From: Chromera velia
Taxonomy: Eukaryota
Length of the DNA stretch: 51,323 nucleotides
NCBI GenBank assembly: GCA_018398765.1
Contig: JAHBMJ010000274.1
Coordinates: 1 to 51,323 of the forward strand
Reading direction: 5' to 3'
Shown here piece after piece: positions 1-12,964 of the stretch. Numbering within the stretch: the first letter of the stretch is position 1; each line of letters opens with the position of its first letter. The notes under the pieces are model-generated. The model saw only the letters and a program-made list of their open reading frames with translations. It did no database searches and had not been told where the DNA came from. The position numbers and the translations under genes were made by a program.

Positions 1-428
1 AAATTTTAAGTCATTTAAACTCTAATTTAAATTAAGTAGATTCAGGTGACGTATATTTGCATAGCATAGCATAGCATTGATATCAACCGTCAACTATATT
101 TTTAACTAGAATTTATAAATCAATAAATAAAGTATACATAAAGCATATAAACTATAATTTAAATGAAATACATTAACCGTCAACTATATTTCAAACTAGA
201 ATTTCTCAGTTTAAATTTTATACTTCGATCAAAAAGATTTTAAATTATAAGTATACTTTAAGCATAAATTAAAATTTAAAATAGAATTTAAATGAACGGT
301 TTTTTGTTTAAAATCAAACCTCAAACCTCAATGACTCAAACATTAAAATCAAAGTAGACTTTATCCTGTCCGTCATCGGCCGAATCCTCTGCGGGCGCCG
401 AAGGCTGAAAAGGGAGTGGCGGCCCACC

Positions 429-3400
429 CTAAGCCACCTGAAGGATACCTGCTCCTGCTGCAGCCGCTGCTGCAAGTGCTAGTGTAGCAGAGGAAAAAGA
501 AGAGGCCACAAACGTCACCCGCTCCATTGCTGCAGGGTTGTCTGGAACATCATACACCAGGTAAAGGGACGCCGACCCCCACCTGCTGCTGCTGAACGAC
601 ATGTAAATGGAAGGACGAAGGAGCCGTCTTGCTACCCCCCCCTCCACTCCAAACCATCGGTTGAAGACGGCATCGACCTGCAACCCAGGCAGCACACCCT
701 GGATCGCCTTTCCCCTCAGACGGACAACGCAGGGATGCTCCATGGCTGTCCTAAATTGGATGGCCTCCATCTTGAGGAGGCGCTCCACTGCCTTTCGCCT
801 CTTCGCATCATTTCGGGGCTGCCTTTTCTTCAGCTTTCTCTTCTTCCCCCCTCCTCCCTCCGCTCCTTCTTTCTCCGAGGTCACCTCCTCCTCGGGGTTG
901 TAGTTCGTCGTCAGTAAGGCACGCATCCTCTCGTCCGTCACGTCAAACACGGGATTCACTCCACAAATCACCTCTGCACTCATAGAGGCGCACATACACC
1001 ATGAAGTCATTCATCCCTCCATCCATCACCAGGCAGGCAGGCAGGCGAACAGCCCGGCAGACAGGTAGGCAGACAAGGCAAGCAGCAAAGTACAGGCAGG
1101 CAGGCAAGGTCCATCCATCTGTTTATGCACTCATGCATCCATGCACCCATTCTTCCGTTTCCCTGGTCCAAACACCCCTCTGTAGTGTGACCAGCACTGC
1201 TTCATTGGGGGAGAAAGATGTATCGAATCACCTTTTGGAATGTCGTCCTGCTCAGCTGACGCATCTACTTCCCCGAGTCCCAGAACGACCCTCCCCCACA
1301 CGTAGTAAGGTCCGAGGCTAGGGTATTTCACTTTGATGGAGGTGTACTAGGTTTTATAGTAAAAAACCTTACACAAAAACAGTTTTTAAACATTTTTTTA
1401 AATAGATTCCTAACTCAATTTTGCTAAAAAGTCATTTGAACACATAATCACATGTAAAATCCTTGGTTCGGCAAGGTTATATTAGGTTAAGGGTAGGTTT
1501 AGGGGGTGTTGCCAATGAAAGTTCTGACACAAGGTTACAGAAGCTTCATTTTAATATTGTCATCTTTTGAAACCTGCTTGAACCTGCCAATACCAGTATT
1601 AACATAGTATAAACGAGCCTCAAACTGTTCAAAACAAACTTAAAACTGATGATTTGACTCTTTAAAACTGTTATTGAGACACCTTGTCTCAGCAAGCTAA
1701 GCAGTCATGCACATGGGAAAAACATTGTCAAATTTCGACAAATTTGTGATGAAGCATTCAAGCTGGCAGACAAATGGAATCAGGGACAACAGAGAAAAGA
1801 GTGTGATGGCAATAAAAGATCGAAAGCAGAAAGGTGCTGTGACTGTTCGAGAGAGCCCTTTTCTTAGCTTTCCTCCCTCATGTCTTCTCTGCTTAGCCCT
1901 CTGCTGTCTCGCTTGTAGCCACAGAGCCCGAGCTCTCCTCCTTCACTCCCCTACGTCCCTCTGCTACACTCATGCTGCTAGTGACCTTAGTCTGATTTGC
2001 GGCAACAAGATGATTGCTCCCACAGTGGCCCACAAATTTCTGGCAGCGCACGATGTTGGAGTTTGTGATCCACATCACGAAATGACTCTCCTTGGCCGGC
2101 TTTCCAGCAAGCTCACACGGCGTACACGTTAGAGCTATACACACGCAGTCACGGTAGCTCTTACCATCCGTGTCAGGGTCCCAGTGTCTCTTTTCCATCA
2201 CTTTCAGATTGGTGTGGGCCGAGTAGTTGAGGTTCATACCCTATTTTTTCCAAGTTTTTTCCAAGTGGACGTTGTTGCTTGCAGGTGGGAAAGCAGTGAC
2301 AGCAGTATAGAAGAGTGGTTTGTCAGCAAAGTTTTGGACTTAATTGATCCATCTGATGTACACCCAACAACAAAAAAAGGAAGAAGTTTGGGGGTATCTC
2401 GGATTGCCCTTGTTGAAGAGAATGCCGCATTTTCCGCTCGTATCATTTCATATGAACAGGTTTCTTCTTCAGATGATCAACAGAGTTCAAACCGCTTTTA
2501 TTCTGTCGCACGTTAACGCCGGGAACTGATGACACACCGCTTTCTGCTATTTTTTTCTGGTTGCATTCGGCAGTTTTGGTTGGGGGGGGGGTAACGGTGA
2601 ATAACGACGAGCTTGCTTGCGCAGAAAGTCAGTTTAATGATATGATTGAGCATGAAAGTGATGAAAAGGATGAAAACTGAAGGAGAGTTAAGTCATATGG
2701 TTTTGAAATCATGTCTGTTTGAAGCAGGTTATACCAGGTTACATAAGGTTTAGGTAGGTTAAGTGTTAGGTTACATAACGATGTTTTACTACTCTTAGAA
2801 CCATAAGTGGCAACATGATGAAAACCTTAAATAACCATCATAAATCATGATGTTACAAGTCTTTTTTTAAGTTCATGAAGGTTTTTTTAGGTAAAGAACC
2901 ACATTGAGCATACTTTTAGATGTCTGGAGTGTTTTACATACTTGAAGGGGGGGGTATAAGATTAATTTTTATTATTATTTTTTTTTCTAGTGAAATACCC
3001 TAGGTCCGAGGAACCCCGTCAGAATGTCCGTCTAGTAAGGAGCGAGTGAGAGGACTCGGTACTTTAACGCGAAGTACTTGAGGCCGTTCGACACGCACAA
3101 TCTGTAGGACAACCAATTCAATGAATCGTGAAATTCATTGAATTCATCCTTGTACAAATCAAAAAAGGCCCGGCCCCTCGCAACCCAGTGCCTTAGGATT
3201 TCTTTTGGGGCCTCCCTGGCCTCGTACTCAGGCCTCCGCATTGTCGACGAGAGCAGATTTTCAAATAAAACAGAGAAAGAGTTGGTCATCTTCGATTGGA
3301 GCGAGTCAAACAATTTAAGGACTCCGTCTTTCTTCTCTTCTGAGGGGGCCGACTTTCCTTCCAACGCTAAAATTAGGGCCGTGATGGGTCCTTCATCCGG

Positions 3401-3460
3401 AAATATGCTTCTGCACTGCCTCACTGCCGCAATAGCTGCCTCCACATTTTCAGCAGCCAT
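429..3460 (-). pseudogene. Hypothetical spliced gene interrupted by the 1318-3003 element
   Basis: Protein-like minus-strand ORFs 3032-3502, ~1150-1317 and 429-1010. A GCCT-rich intron-like segment at ~975-1150 ends in TGCAG. No family recognised. Confidence 0.4.
1318..3003. mobile_element. Non-autonomous TIR DNA transposon with 8-bp TSD (hAT-like)
   Basis: Perfect 15-bp TIRs CTAGGGTATTTCACT / AGTGAAATACCCTAG, with GTCCGAGG at both 1310-1317 and 3004-3011. Confidence 0.9.
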
Positions 3461-3875
3461 GGAGATAGAAGGGAGCGGACACGAATTTTTTTCAAAAAAC
3501 AAACTGGCAAACAGGAAACTGCTGGTGCACTAGCTATAGTTGAAGTCTAGAGATTCTGTTCTATAGAATTGATGGGAGTAGAATAGGTAAGAAATCCCCC
3601 AACTTTCAGCTCTGGAGGCCACTTGGTTGGTTCAGTCGAGTTTTCGGCGGCGAAGCGCCGCTTTGGGGGGGCAAAAAAGAACCCGGCGGGCCCCGGTATG
3701 CATAAATATGCTAAACATGCCAAAACTTAGCTTAAAAGCTTATAAAAAGGTAATGGAACGAGTGGTGGGCAGCCCGCCCAACTTACTGAGGCAGGGCGGG
3801 GCGGGCCGCTCAAATTGTACTGTACTGTACTATACTAGTTTTGCTTCTACACTGTACTGTACTAGTGTAACTATG

Positions 3876-5003
3876 GCTTCTGTGATATCAAGAATTTGAG
3901 TGAAGATATTGTTGGAGACCCTGCGGAACCGATGGCTCCCCAATAATACCAAACCAGCCGGTTTGATATTGGTGGGGGGGGGTCAAACAATCAAAATTTT
4001 CAAAAGTCTAAATATAAAACATCGCTTTCAATAACGAAACCGAACGATTCCCCACCTCAACAAAAAAGTGAAATTTTGACCCCCCCCTAATAATATAGAA
4101 CCGGCCGGTTTAATATTGTTGGAAAGCTGTCGGCGCCGCTAATTGCGACAACAATAAGCGATACAAGTGTTGTTCAAANNNNNNNNNNNCCTTGCCGCCG
4201 CTCGCCACCGCTCCCCCTTCCTTTTGAGCTCATACCTTGTCTACCCCTCTTCTTCCTGGACGCCCTCTCTTTCGCAGCTCCCTATGTATTCCGCTCTTTC
4301 AAGTTAACATTCTCGTTCACCTCCAACCCCCAACCCGGTCCTGCCCCTCCGCATGCAAACTTTGATACACCATATGCATTACCACAAGTAGCGGTACCAC
4401 GCATCAGACAGTGTCATACAGACATTCACATAGAAAGCCTGCCTAGTGGAAGAATGAAAACAAGTGCCAGCAATAGCGCCAGCACCCCTTTCAACGACAG
4501 AAAGGATCCGAAACTGTAGGAAAACCACGAGGCACACAAATCAGCCACAAAAAGACGTCCGGGCCAATCCCTTTCTGAAAAATCTGGGTCGTTTGCTGAC
4601 GTAGGCAGAAAAGATAAAGGAGACGGGAGGGAAGAAATCAAGACAAGCCCCCTAGCATAATAGAGCGAGAGCAACATCTGCTGGCAAGCAAGCAAGAGAA
4701 AACTTTAAGGCATTCCATAAAGAGGGAAAGATATATTTCTAGTGCATGGTTGCCTGACGGGTCTGGGGCGTTGCTTTCAACCCTTTTCCCAAACAATACC
4801 CATAACCCACTAGAGAAGATTCCACAAGGACTCGATCCACCTCCCAGACAAAGCATAACTGGAGTCCCAAATCCTGCATACATACACGTGAGAAGGAGAG
4901 GAAAAAATCTATGAGCATTCACCAGGGCACATCTTTTCCTGACGCCCAGCCTGACGCCGCATGACGTGCTGCAACAACTTCACATAGTCTGCAGATGGGC
5001 AGA
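3876..5003. repeat. Dispersed repeat A, copy 1 (contains an N gap)
   Basis: Colinear with 42306-44006, from GCTTCTGTGATATCAAGAATTTG to CTGCAGATGGGCAGA. Confidence 0.9.
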
Positions 5004-5541
5004 AAACAGAGTGGACTCTTAAGTAGGACTAAGTGGAATCCAAAGTAACTTTTAAACTAGCTTTTAAATTTACTATATTCTAGCTTCACTATAAAGTAAA
5101 ACTCGGTTACTTGAAGCAATCTATGATGATGATGATGATTGAGGGTTAAATCTTAGATCTAGCGATACCAGATCCCAAGAGCCTTTTAAAGCATTTAAAA
5201 TCATTACTCCTGTGCAAATTTGCTCAAATATGCTCAAAAGACTAGTTGATTAGCTAAGGTGCATGGTGGGGAAAATTACGATCACCGTGGCACGTAGAAG
5301 TTAGTGAATGTTACCTGCAAAGAAATACACAGGCACAACACTAATGGATACGCTCAAAAGCAACGTTTAGCGCCGCCAATCAACTATAAAGAATTGCTTC
5401 TTCTGCAAGGGAAACAGTGCAGGAAGGAGGGCTTCACAGCTAGGGCCTAGCTGGTTAGACCGGATAGGAGACAGTCAGCAGGGGTCGGAGAGAACAGAGC
5501 ACAGAGACAATATAATGCTATTCACAAAGAACTCACACTAT
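5004..5541. repeat. Dispersed repeat B, copy 1
   Basis: AACAGAGTGGACTC...CACAAAGAA(C/G)TCACACTA also occurs at 30681-31143. Confidence 0.85.
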
Positions 5542-6899
5542 ACGGCACAAAAGCTTACAACTCGACGTTCTGTATATGTCAATAAGAAACTGTGAAAAAG
5601 AAGGACAGGTCCATAGGTAGATCCAGATGTTTAGAGGGAGACTAGTACAGAGTGTCACAAATGAGAAAGGATGAACGAGTAAGGAGCACTTGCGTTGGGA
5701 TAGTATGGACCGCGTTCAAGGACTGATACATATGGAGCAAGTGGAAGACATTCAAATGGATGAAATCAGTGAGCGATTGTTCTGGATGGAAAAATGTCTG
5801 GCAGGACTGAGAGCTGTGCAAAACTTCAGAAGAGGCGGTCAAAAAATGGAGGCTCCAGCAGACTCTCCATCGACCCTCTCTCAGTGACCTCCCTTATGCA
5901 TTTCTGTCAAGCTTCTAGCAGAACAAAGAAGCTGGATGCTAAGAAAATCATCATACAAAGCGAGAAAGCGAGCCGCGCTTCCTTAACTGACCTGTAGGTG
6001 TCCTCAAGTCTCCGTCCACCAACACCTGCAAACATGGAGGGACAGGCGTTCACACTTTATGCAGTCAAAGAAGCACTTCTGTCTAGCTTATTCTGCGTGC
6101 ACAAGGTCCCAAGGAAAAGACCAAGAGCCTAAAAAGCAGTGGGTCCGGACAGGCTGACTTGGGGGTTGACCCTGGGGCTCCGAAGAGTGTGACCTGCAAG
6201 GAAAGAGTAAGGAGAGCGATGAGAGCAGCAGTACTTTAACACTTAGATAAGGCCGGTAGCCCTTCCCTGCTTGAACAAAAGGAGCAGCAGCAAGCAAAAA
6301 GACGTTAGAAACAAGATCAAGATGGCTGGTATCCACTGGACTCACCTGCAAGCTCCACTTCGTGCCGACCGAAGATGTTCCAGCAACACCCGTCTCCTCC
6401 AGAGCCCCGAAAGTGCACTCCCGAAAAACAAGTCAAAACCGAGAAAACCCTCTCAGACTGTCACACATCTTCAAAAACCGTCAGAAAACATGTGACAGAG
6501 CGCTTTTTATGGCAAGATTTCTGTGGGAAAAGTCTGTTTGCTCAGAGGTTCAGGACTCCACAGTTTTGAACCTATGGACCTTCAAGACGGACAAGAGACT
6601 TCAGACCCGATTATTGGCCGACAGAAACAATTTTTGAAAGTCAGCTGCGTGCATCAGGGAAGGTGTTTTGAGACTGTTTTGGGTCAGGGACCTCGAGTTG
6701 CCCGCGAGATACTTTTGTGCGTCTTGGCAGGGAGTTCTGTCCCGATAAGCCACAAGGACCATGGGACTAAACGCAAATGTGCGACAAAAAATTTCTGTGA
6801 TACTTTGATGTGCTGCCGACGTTTGCCTAGTCGCCGTAGTCCGGTCTCCTCCGGCTCTCATGCTGATGCGTAAGGCCCCAGTCTGAGATGGCCTGGAAA

Positions 6900-7115
6900 G
6901 CATAGCTGAGGGGCACTTACAAAGAGTTGAGGTAGGAGCACGCCTATGTCGATGCGAATCTACGATTAAAAATCTGACGTACGCAAATGCATGTCCAGGA
7001 AATATATATAGAGCTGAGAGGGCACTTAGCGCAATTAACAGGTGAAAACATATACAATTGAAAACAAAGTTAATTTCGCTTTCCGGGCCATTCGTACGGA
7101 ATACAATCAGATGAG
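6900..7115. repeat. Dispersed repeat C (related to 50960-51256)
   Basis: Shared AGAGCTGAGAGGGCACTTA, AAAAATCTGACG.ACGCA and GCTTTCC.GGCCATTCG.ACGGA blocks. Confidence 0.7.
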
Positions 7116-7407
7116 CTATATTTTTTTATTTGTATAGACGCTTATATTAAACGTTGTTTAATAGAACGTTTATAACATATTAAAAAAGAACAGTAAATCG
7201 AAAACGCAGTGTATATAAGCTCTGAATGTAAGCTGCATATACTAATATAGGAATTTGTTGATGAATTGGTTTAAACAATTGAATTTATACCCTTGTAAGA
7301 ATTTAGTTTGTTTAGTCAATAGTATAGGTATAAATGAAACTGATGCTTATATTCACAGTCTGCTTTAGAGGTGGCCTGTATGGAGAACACTGCCTCCACA
7401 TCGTGAT

Positions 7408-7767
7408 TGAGAATGTCGCGGCCGGTGCGGCGGGCGGCCTGCCTAGAGTTTTGGACCCTGGGCGGCGCCGGTCACCCTCTATGCAGACAACAGCGTTTCG
7501 GGACCTCGGGCCACCACGGTATCGAATTGGGTTTCAGAAAAAACGCGGTCTGCAGCAATCGAAACAATCCAAACCGCCAGAAATTCATGGATTCAGCTAG
7601 CTTGATTGAGACTTCTAGCAGTTCGATGGATCGATTTAGCATTGACATTCTCTTTACCTGTATGAACCTGAATAGATCGTGTGCCTGTGTATGTGTATGA
7701 TTGGGTTCCCTCCGAAGGAAACGTCTTCGGAAGGTAGGTTATTCATCTACCACTATAATCAACGTTA
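7408..7767 (+). repeat. 5' LTR (TG...TA)
   Basis: Runs TGAGAATGTC...ATCAACGTTA; about 17 substitutions against the 3' copy by manual alignment (~95% identity). Confidence 0.95.
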
Positions 7768-7768
7768 A

Positions 7769-7783
7769 TGGTGACGAAGCTCC
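7769..7783 (+). promoter_or_regulatory. Primer binding site
   Basis: TGGTGACGAAGCTCC starts 1 nt after the 5' LTR; TGG is complementary to the tRNA CCA end. It differs from the iMet PBS TGGTATCAGAGC. Confidence 0.7.
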
Positions 7784-10079
7784 TATCAGATTTCGGTTTC
7801 GTTTGACTGCGTCCACTTCTACCAAAAAATAACCTTCTGATTCCTTCTATCGGCTAAAGTTTGGAGTCCTTCAGCCACTCATCGCTTCTTTCTTCCCTCC
7901 TCTCTTTCCATACAGACGCGAAAGAAGAAGAGAGAGAGAAAAGAAAGAGAGAGAGAAAGAGACGGTACGTCTGCTCTTTGGAGCGAGTCAGTCCCTCCTT
8001 CTCCCATGCATACCATTCATGAAGACTCTCCTTCCACTGAAGTGAGACGTCGTTCTCCCTCTCTTTTACCCAAAAATGATGGCCATGCTGATGCAGAAAG
8101 CCGTTGTTCCATTTTTTTGCCTCCGTCTAATTTTTGTAGGTATGAGACGGCTAGCCCTTTGGCAAAGCTGAATCAAACCTCTTCACTTTTTCCCTCTTCT
8201 GCCCCTCTCCCTCCAATTTTGCCATATTCTCACTCCTTTCCCAACATGAACGAAGGCGGTGCAGATGCAAAAGGCTCTCGTTCCCTTTTTCCCTCTCCCT
8301 CTGGCTTGCGTCCTCAAGAGACTTCAAACCCTTCGGTCAAAGAAACTGAAGAAAGACAAGTCTCTCTTTCTCTTTCCCCCTCTCGCCCTCTCCAACGTAT
8401 AGATCTCGCCTCTGCACAAGCTTTTTCTTCACCTCCATCTCATCTTGTCTCATCTTCGTTTCACATGATCCAACCTTGCAGCAGAGAGATGGCACCTAAG
8501 GCGGCCACGGCGGTGAGTCCAGTCAAGATACCTCTCAGGGTTCGACCTCTCCCCTTCTGTGAACTATCATAGTCCTCTTCCTCTGTTCCATCTCGTCAGA
8601 TCAATGTGGGAGTATCGCATGTTTCGGCCCCCAGATCTTCTTCTTCTCTCGCTCTTTTTCCTGCCTCAGAGTCTGTGTCTGTGAGAGGAAAAGAAGACAA
8701 CCATGAGAAAGAAGTGCATAAAAACAGTGAGACAGATAGGAAGACAGAAAAACAGTCTGATAAAGACCCTGTCCAACCTCCCACTTCCAGTTTCCTTCAA
8801 TCCACCCTTTTGCCTGAGTCTGCCCGTTTCAACGCAGCGGTGCTTGAAGGAAGGCAGAAGGCTGAATGGAAAGAAACCAAACTGAAGGAATTGGAAGAGA
8901 TGAAGCGGAAAGAAGTATGGTATTTGAGAGAGATTGAGACTCGTTTGGCCGTCTCTTAACCTTCACCTGCCCAGATCCCATCTCCTCCCTCCCAACTTCA
9001 CACTGTTCTTTCACCTGAATCTACTCATCTCCACAGTGCTCTCAATGCAGAAAGAGAAAAGGCAGAGCGGAAAGCAAAGCAGGTAAAAGAAATTGAGGAA
9101 TTGAGAAAGAAAGGGAAAGAGATAAGTGATTGGATGCAGGAGACAATGAAGAACAGTGGTCATAATCGTTGCCAACCTGAATTCGTCTCCACTGCCTCTT
9201 TTGGACACCCTCCCTGCCTGCAGGCGACCTCTGGGAGTCTTTACCCCCCCCCTGAGAGAGGACGGGGGGGAATTGATCAAGAAAGAGAGGCAGAAACAGA
9301 GAAACAGAGACCAATTATTGACAGAGACAAAGTGTTGCATGTCGGTAAACTTTCTTATAATCTTTCTTCACCTATGAATGCGACTGCGGACCTTCCTGAT
9401 GGAAAAGTCTAATTTTGCTCGTCCCTTACCCCCCTTTCACCTCCTGTGAATGCAGACCTTCCTGTTGGAAAAGTCCAAAGTCATGCATCTCTCTTTCCAC
9501 CTGTTTCTAGCCCTCTGAATGCGGACCATCCAGTTGGAAGCGTCCAATTTCAGAGTGTACCCTTTCCCCCGCCCATTCGCTTCTCCCAAAGCTTACCGAT
9601 ACAACCGCCTCTATCATCATCTGGTCTAGCGCACGGCCTAACTGGTCTCTGTGTCTCTGGTGTGCCTTGTGGGGAGAACCTTGGTGTCTCTCCTTCTTAA
9701 TCTTTCCTCCTGATAAGTATACACTATCCTTATCCATCCTCATACTCTGCTCACCCTTCCAAACCCCTTGTCTTTCCTATAAACTCTGAAAATTCTTCTC
9801 CTCACTCTTTAGGTTCTTATGCCCCAAAAGCTGAGAATCCTAGGCTTGAATTTTTTGATCCAAGAAATCAGTTTCTTCAGTCTAATTTTTCTACTTTTCC
9901 TAGTGCTCAAAGCGCACAACCTCTGCCTCCTTTTTCAACTAAAGTTAGCATAGAAGTAGGAAAAGAAAACGAAAAAGATGAGGCAATTAGTTTTTCCAGA
10001 CAGCCTGTCTGCAAGCTTAGACTCGTCACAAAGCGAAACTATGAGTCAGAAACAAGGCTCACGAAAGACAAAAAGGAGA

Positions 10080-11460
10080 AAAGAGAGAGTGACGCAGACC
10101 TTCGGCACCGTGACAAGTTGGTCGGACAAATCTTAGAAAAAATAAAGCAGATGCCTAAAGAAATAATTCTCTTTATGCCTAAAGGGAAAGGGATGAAAGG
10201 CAACCCTTTTCTTCATAAAAAAGTTGCTCGTCAGAAACGATAATTCCTCAATCTCTATAGAAACATGACTGAGCCATATTGACCAGCTGTTCAAAATGAG
10301 GTGACAGAACGAGCTCTTGATAGTTTTCCTCGTAGAGCAATCGAAATGCAACCTGAAGCGATTCAATATGAACTGCGTGCTGCTGGTATGTAGATTCGGA
10401 AGGGAATCTGGTCCGAGGAAGAGCAGAATACGGTTCCGATGAGGCTGACGTTCATAGAACTGGAGGCAATCGCTGTGCATATGCAGGGGTATGCCCTCGA
10501 TCTCCTCTTGCTGAGACCAGTCGAGATCATGATGAAGGTATGTAGATGGAAAGGAGAATCTCTCCAAAAATATGCTCTCCGTCTTGACAGAGAAGTGGAG
10601 TCAGAAATGAAATTCCTGACCAAACACATTCTCCCTGATACTTTTACTCTACGCCCTCATCTGCGTCGTCTCCTGCCGTCTGCTCCTGTTTGAAATCCCA
10701 CAGCGACCATCTCTGTGTTCTTTGCAACGGCCGGTCTGGATGACGATGTACACAAACACGCCTCTGATGCTCTGCAAAGATATCATGAACAGGTCATGTT
10801 TATCAGTGCTCTCAGTGATAAAGAAATTTAATGCACAGTATGGTTACTCACGAACACTCTCACTTTTGCTTCTGTCCCAATAGACATTGAACAGGGTCTC
10901 ATATACCCCTGGTTCGTAAATAATGTGAACAGAATAATGAGAAAATGTGGTGCATCTGTGTCTGAACCCGGACCTGACCCTGTTCTGAATGAGACCAGCT
11001 CGCTGGCTATCACACGCATCCAGCAGCACATGAATCGCATGATGAGAGAGCATGGCCATGCAGGTGGAAATCAGAGCCAGCCTGCAGCAAGTGTCCCTCT
11101 TACCCCTTCACAGACAAAGCCTCATTCAAACCAGCCACACGAAAGACAGAAAGGAGGATCGACTCATCAAGTCATTAAGCAGCCTCTCCATCAAACTCCT
11201 CATACATTTACAATGCAAGCTGCTCAGCCGTTTCTCTCAAATCCTCCTCCTCCCCCCCCCCCTTCTGGCAATCCTACCTCTTCTTCTTTGCAGGGTACAG
11301 GGCCACCTACTTTTGGCGTTAGCCCTCCCAGCAGTTCTTCCTCCCCCCCAACTGGATGGCAGGGAGGACCTGCGGGCTCATCTGCGGCCACTCGAGGAAG
11401 AGGAGGACTAACAAGAGGATGTGGGAGAGGGAGAGGCCAAAGAGGCAAGCAAAATGATGG
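10080..11460 (+). pseudogene. gag: Gag-like region (MHR-like motif plus RG-rich tail)
   Basis: WKGESLQKYALRL resembles the retrotransposon capsid xxGESxxxYxxR motif. TRGRGGLTRGCGRGRGQRG precedes the first 2A peptide. Position matches gag. Confidence 0.5.
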
Positions 11461-11461
11461 G

Positions 11462-11509
11462 TGGGTCAAGGATCTGACCAGGGAAGGTATTGAACCTAAC
11501 CCTGGTCCC
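11462..11509 (+). other. 2A/StopGo peptide 1 (WVKDLTREGIEPNPG|P)
   Basis: In-frame complete ExNPGP motif, resembling the avihepatovirus-type DLTxEG(V/I)EPNPGP. Confidence 0.88.
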
Positions 11510-12790
11510 TCTGGCACCGAAAAGGCTGCGGCAATGACAGCTCATCCTCCCTCCCAGGCTGAAGAAAACTTTGAGGGCCAAGAGAGGGAGGAGATGAACG
11601 ATTTCCCTTTTTCAGCACCCTCTGACTCTGATGAAGCGGAGTCGGAAATCTTTGCCTACCATGCGGCCGAGGTCCAGACGAGACTGCCTCATAGACAGCT
11701 ACGTTGGTCGAAACCTCACCCACGCAGGCGTCACAACCCAGACTGAGAGGGCGCTAGGCATCGGAGGAGGCAATCACAGAATGCCATCCCGCAAAGGGAT
11801 TCATACTCTGAGGCCCCTGACCCCCTTCCAAGTGATCCTGTAGCTGAGTCTGATCTTCTTATGATAAGCACTCTAGGGAGAGACTTTTCAACACCTCATC
11901 GGTCTTTTTCAGAGACCCCCCACAGGTCTGACCAGTCAGTTGCTCTCAACTCTCTCATGGTCACACCCCCGAAGCCTTTTAATTTTCATACACAGTTACC
12001 CACGACATCTGCCCATTACTACCCTCCGCCTCCAACAGTACCTCCCTTTCCTCTGTCCCTCCATATTCCCATCGCCCCTCCGACAGTCCGCTCAATCGCT
12101 GCTCCCGAAAGTCTTTCAAGCCCTCCCGCAAACCCCCTTCTTTCCCTCTCAATAGGAAAAGAGGAAATGGAAGGTCCTCCTGAATCCTTCCAGAGAGGGG
12201 CTACACGAAATGAGCGACCAGAAGGAGCTATGGCTGCAAACACAGACCAGCTTGATCATAAAAGGCTGTGAGAGAATAAAGGCCTTTCACCATTCTATGT
12301 GGTAGCAAAGGCAATCAAAGTAATGGGGGGAAAAATGACCGAAGACACAGTACACCCAGTTTTGGCAGACACCATTCTCACTCGATTCCTTCGGGAGCCA
12401 TTCCACCTCGGAACTCCAGCTCTAGAGAACATTTTTTCCCCCGCCACCTCTTTCCGCTCTTTGACTGACCTGGATATCAACATCTTGCTGAAGTATTGGG
12501 GTTTCAGCATGATCCCAATATCTATGCAGGAGGTTCATGACACCCTCGCTCAGCCAATGACCGACCCACACACGTGCCTCGTGGTGGGGGAGGCCTGTCT
12601 CGAAGAGACGGAATGGACAGTTATGGCTCCTTTTGAAGGGGCGCAGACCCAATCAGAGAGACAGAGCTGGACAGAATGGTCTATGAGAAAAGAAAAAGAG
12701 AGAGGAGTCACAGGGTTTGATCTGTTTTTTTGAGAGACAAAAAATGAAGGGACTGAAATGGCCGTCTTCTCACTCGAACGAATACAAACT

Positions 12791-12964
12791 TGTGAGATGC
12801 CTTCTTGTTGAGCATCTCTCCATGAAACGAACTCAAACACCCCCCGTTCTGTCTCCTACCCTGGCTGCCCTTACCCACACTTCGCTTGCACGCCCTGCCG
12901 TACCAAAGCCATGTTCTCGCCCCTCCGTGAACCTTCTCCTAACACTTTTTGCCCCCAGTGTAGA
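12791..12964 (+). pseudogene. RING-type (C3HC4-like) zinc finger within the polyprotein
   Basis: Manual translation in the polyprotein frame: CEMPSC*...CPYPHFACTPC...CPQCR. One TGA at 12809 hides it from the ORF track. Confidence 0.7.

Noticed and set aside
1475..1510. Telomere-like GGTTTAGG motifs
   Set aside because: Too few and irregular; they are subterminal sequence of the TIR element.
5600..6880. Fragmented ORFs of a possible gene
   Set aside because: It may be decayed coding sequence, but I recognise no domain and cannot support a call.
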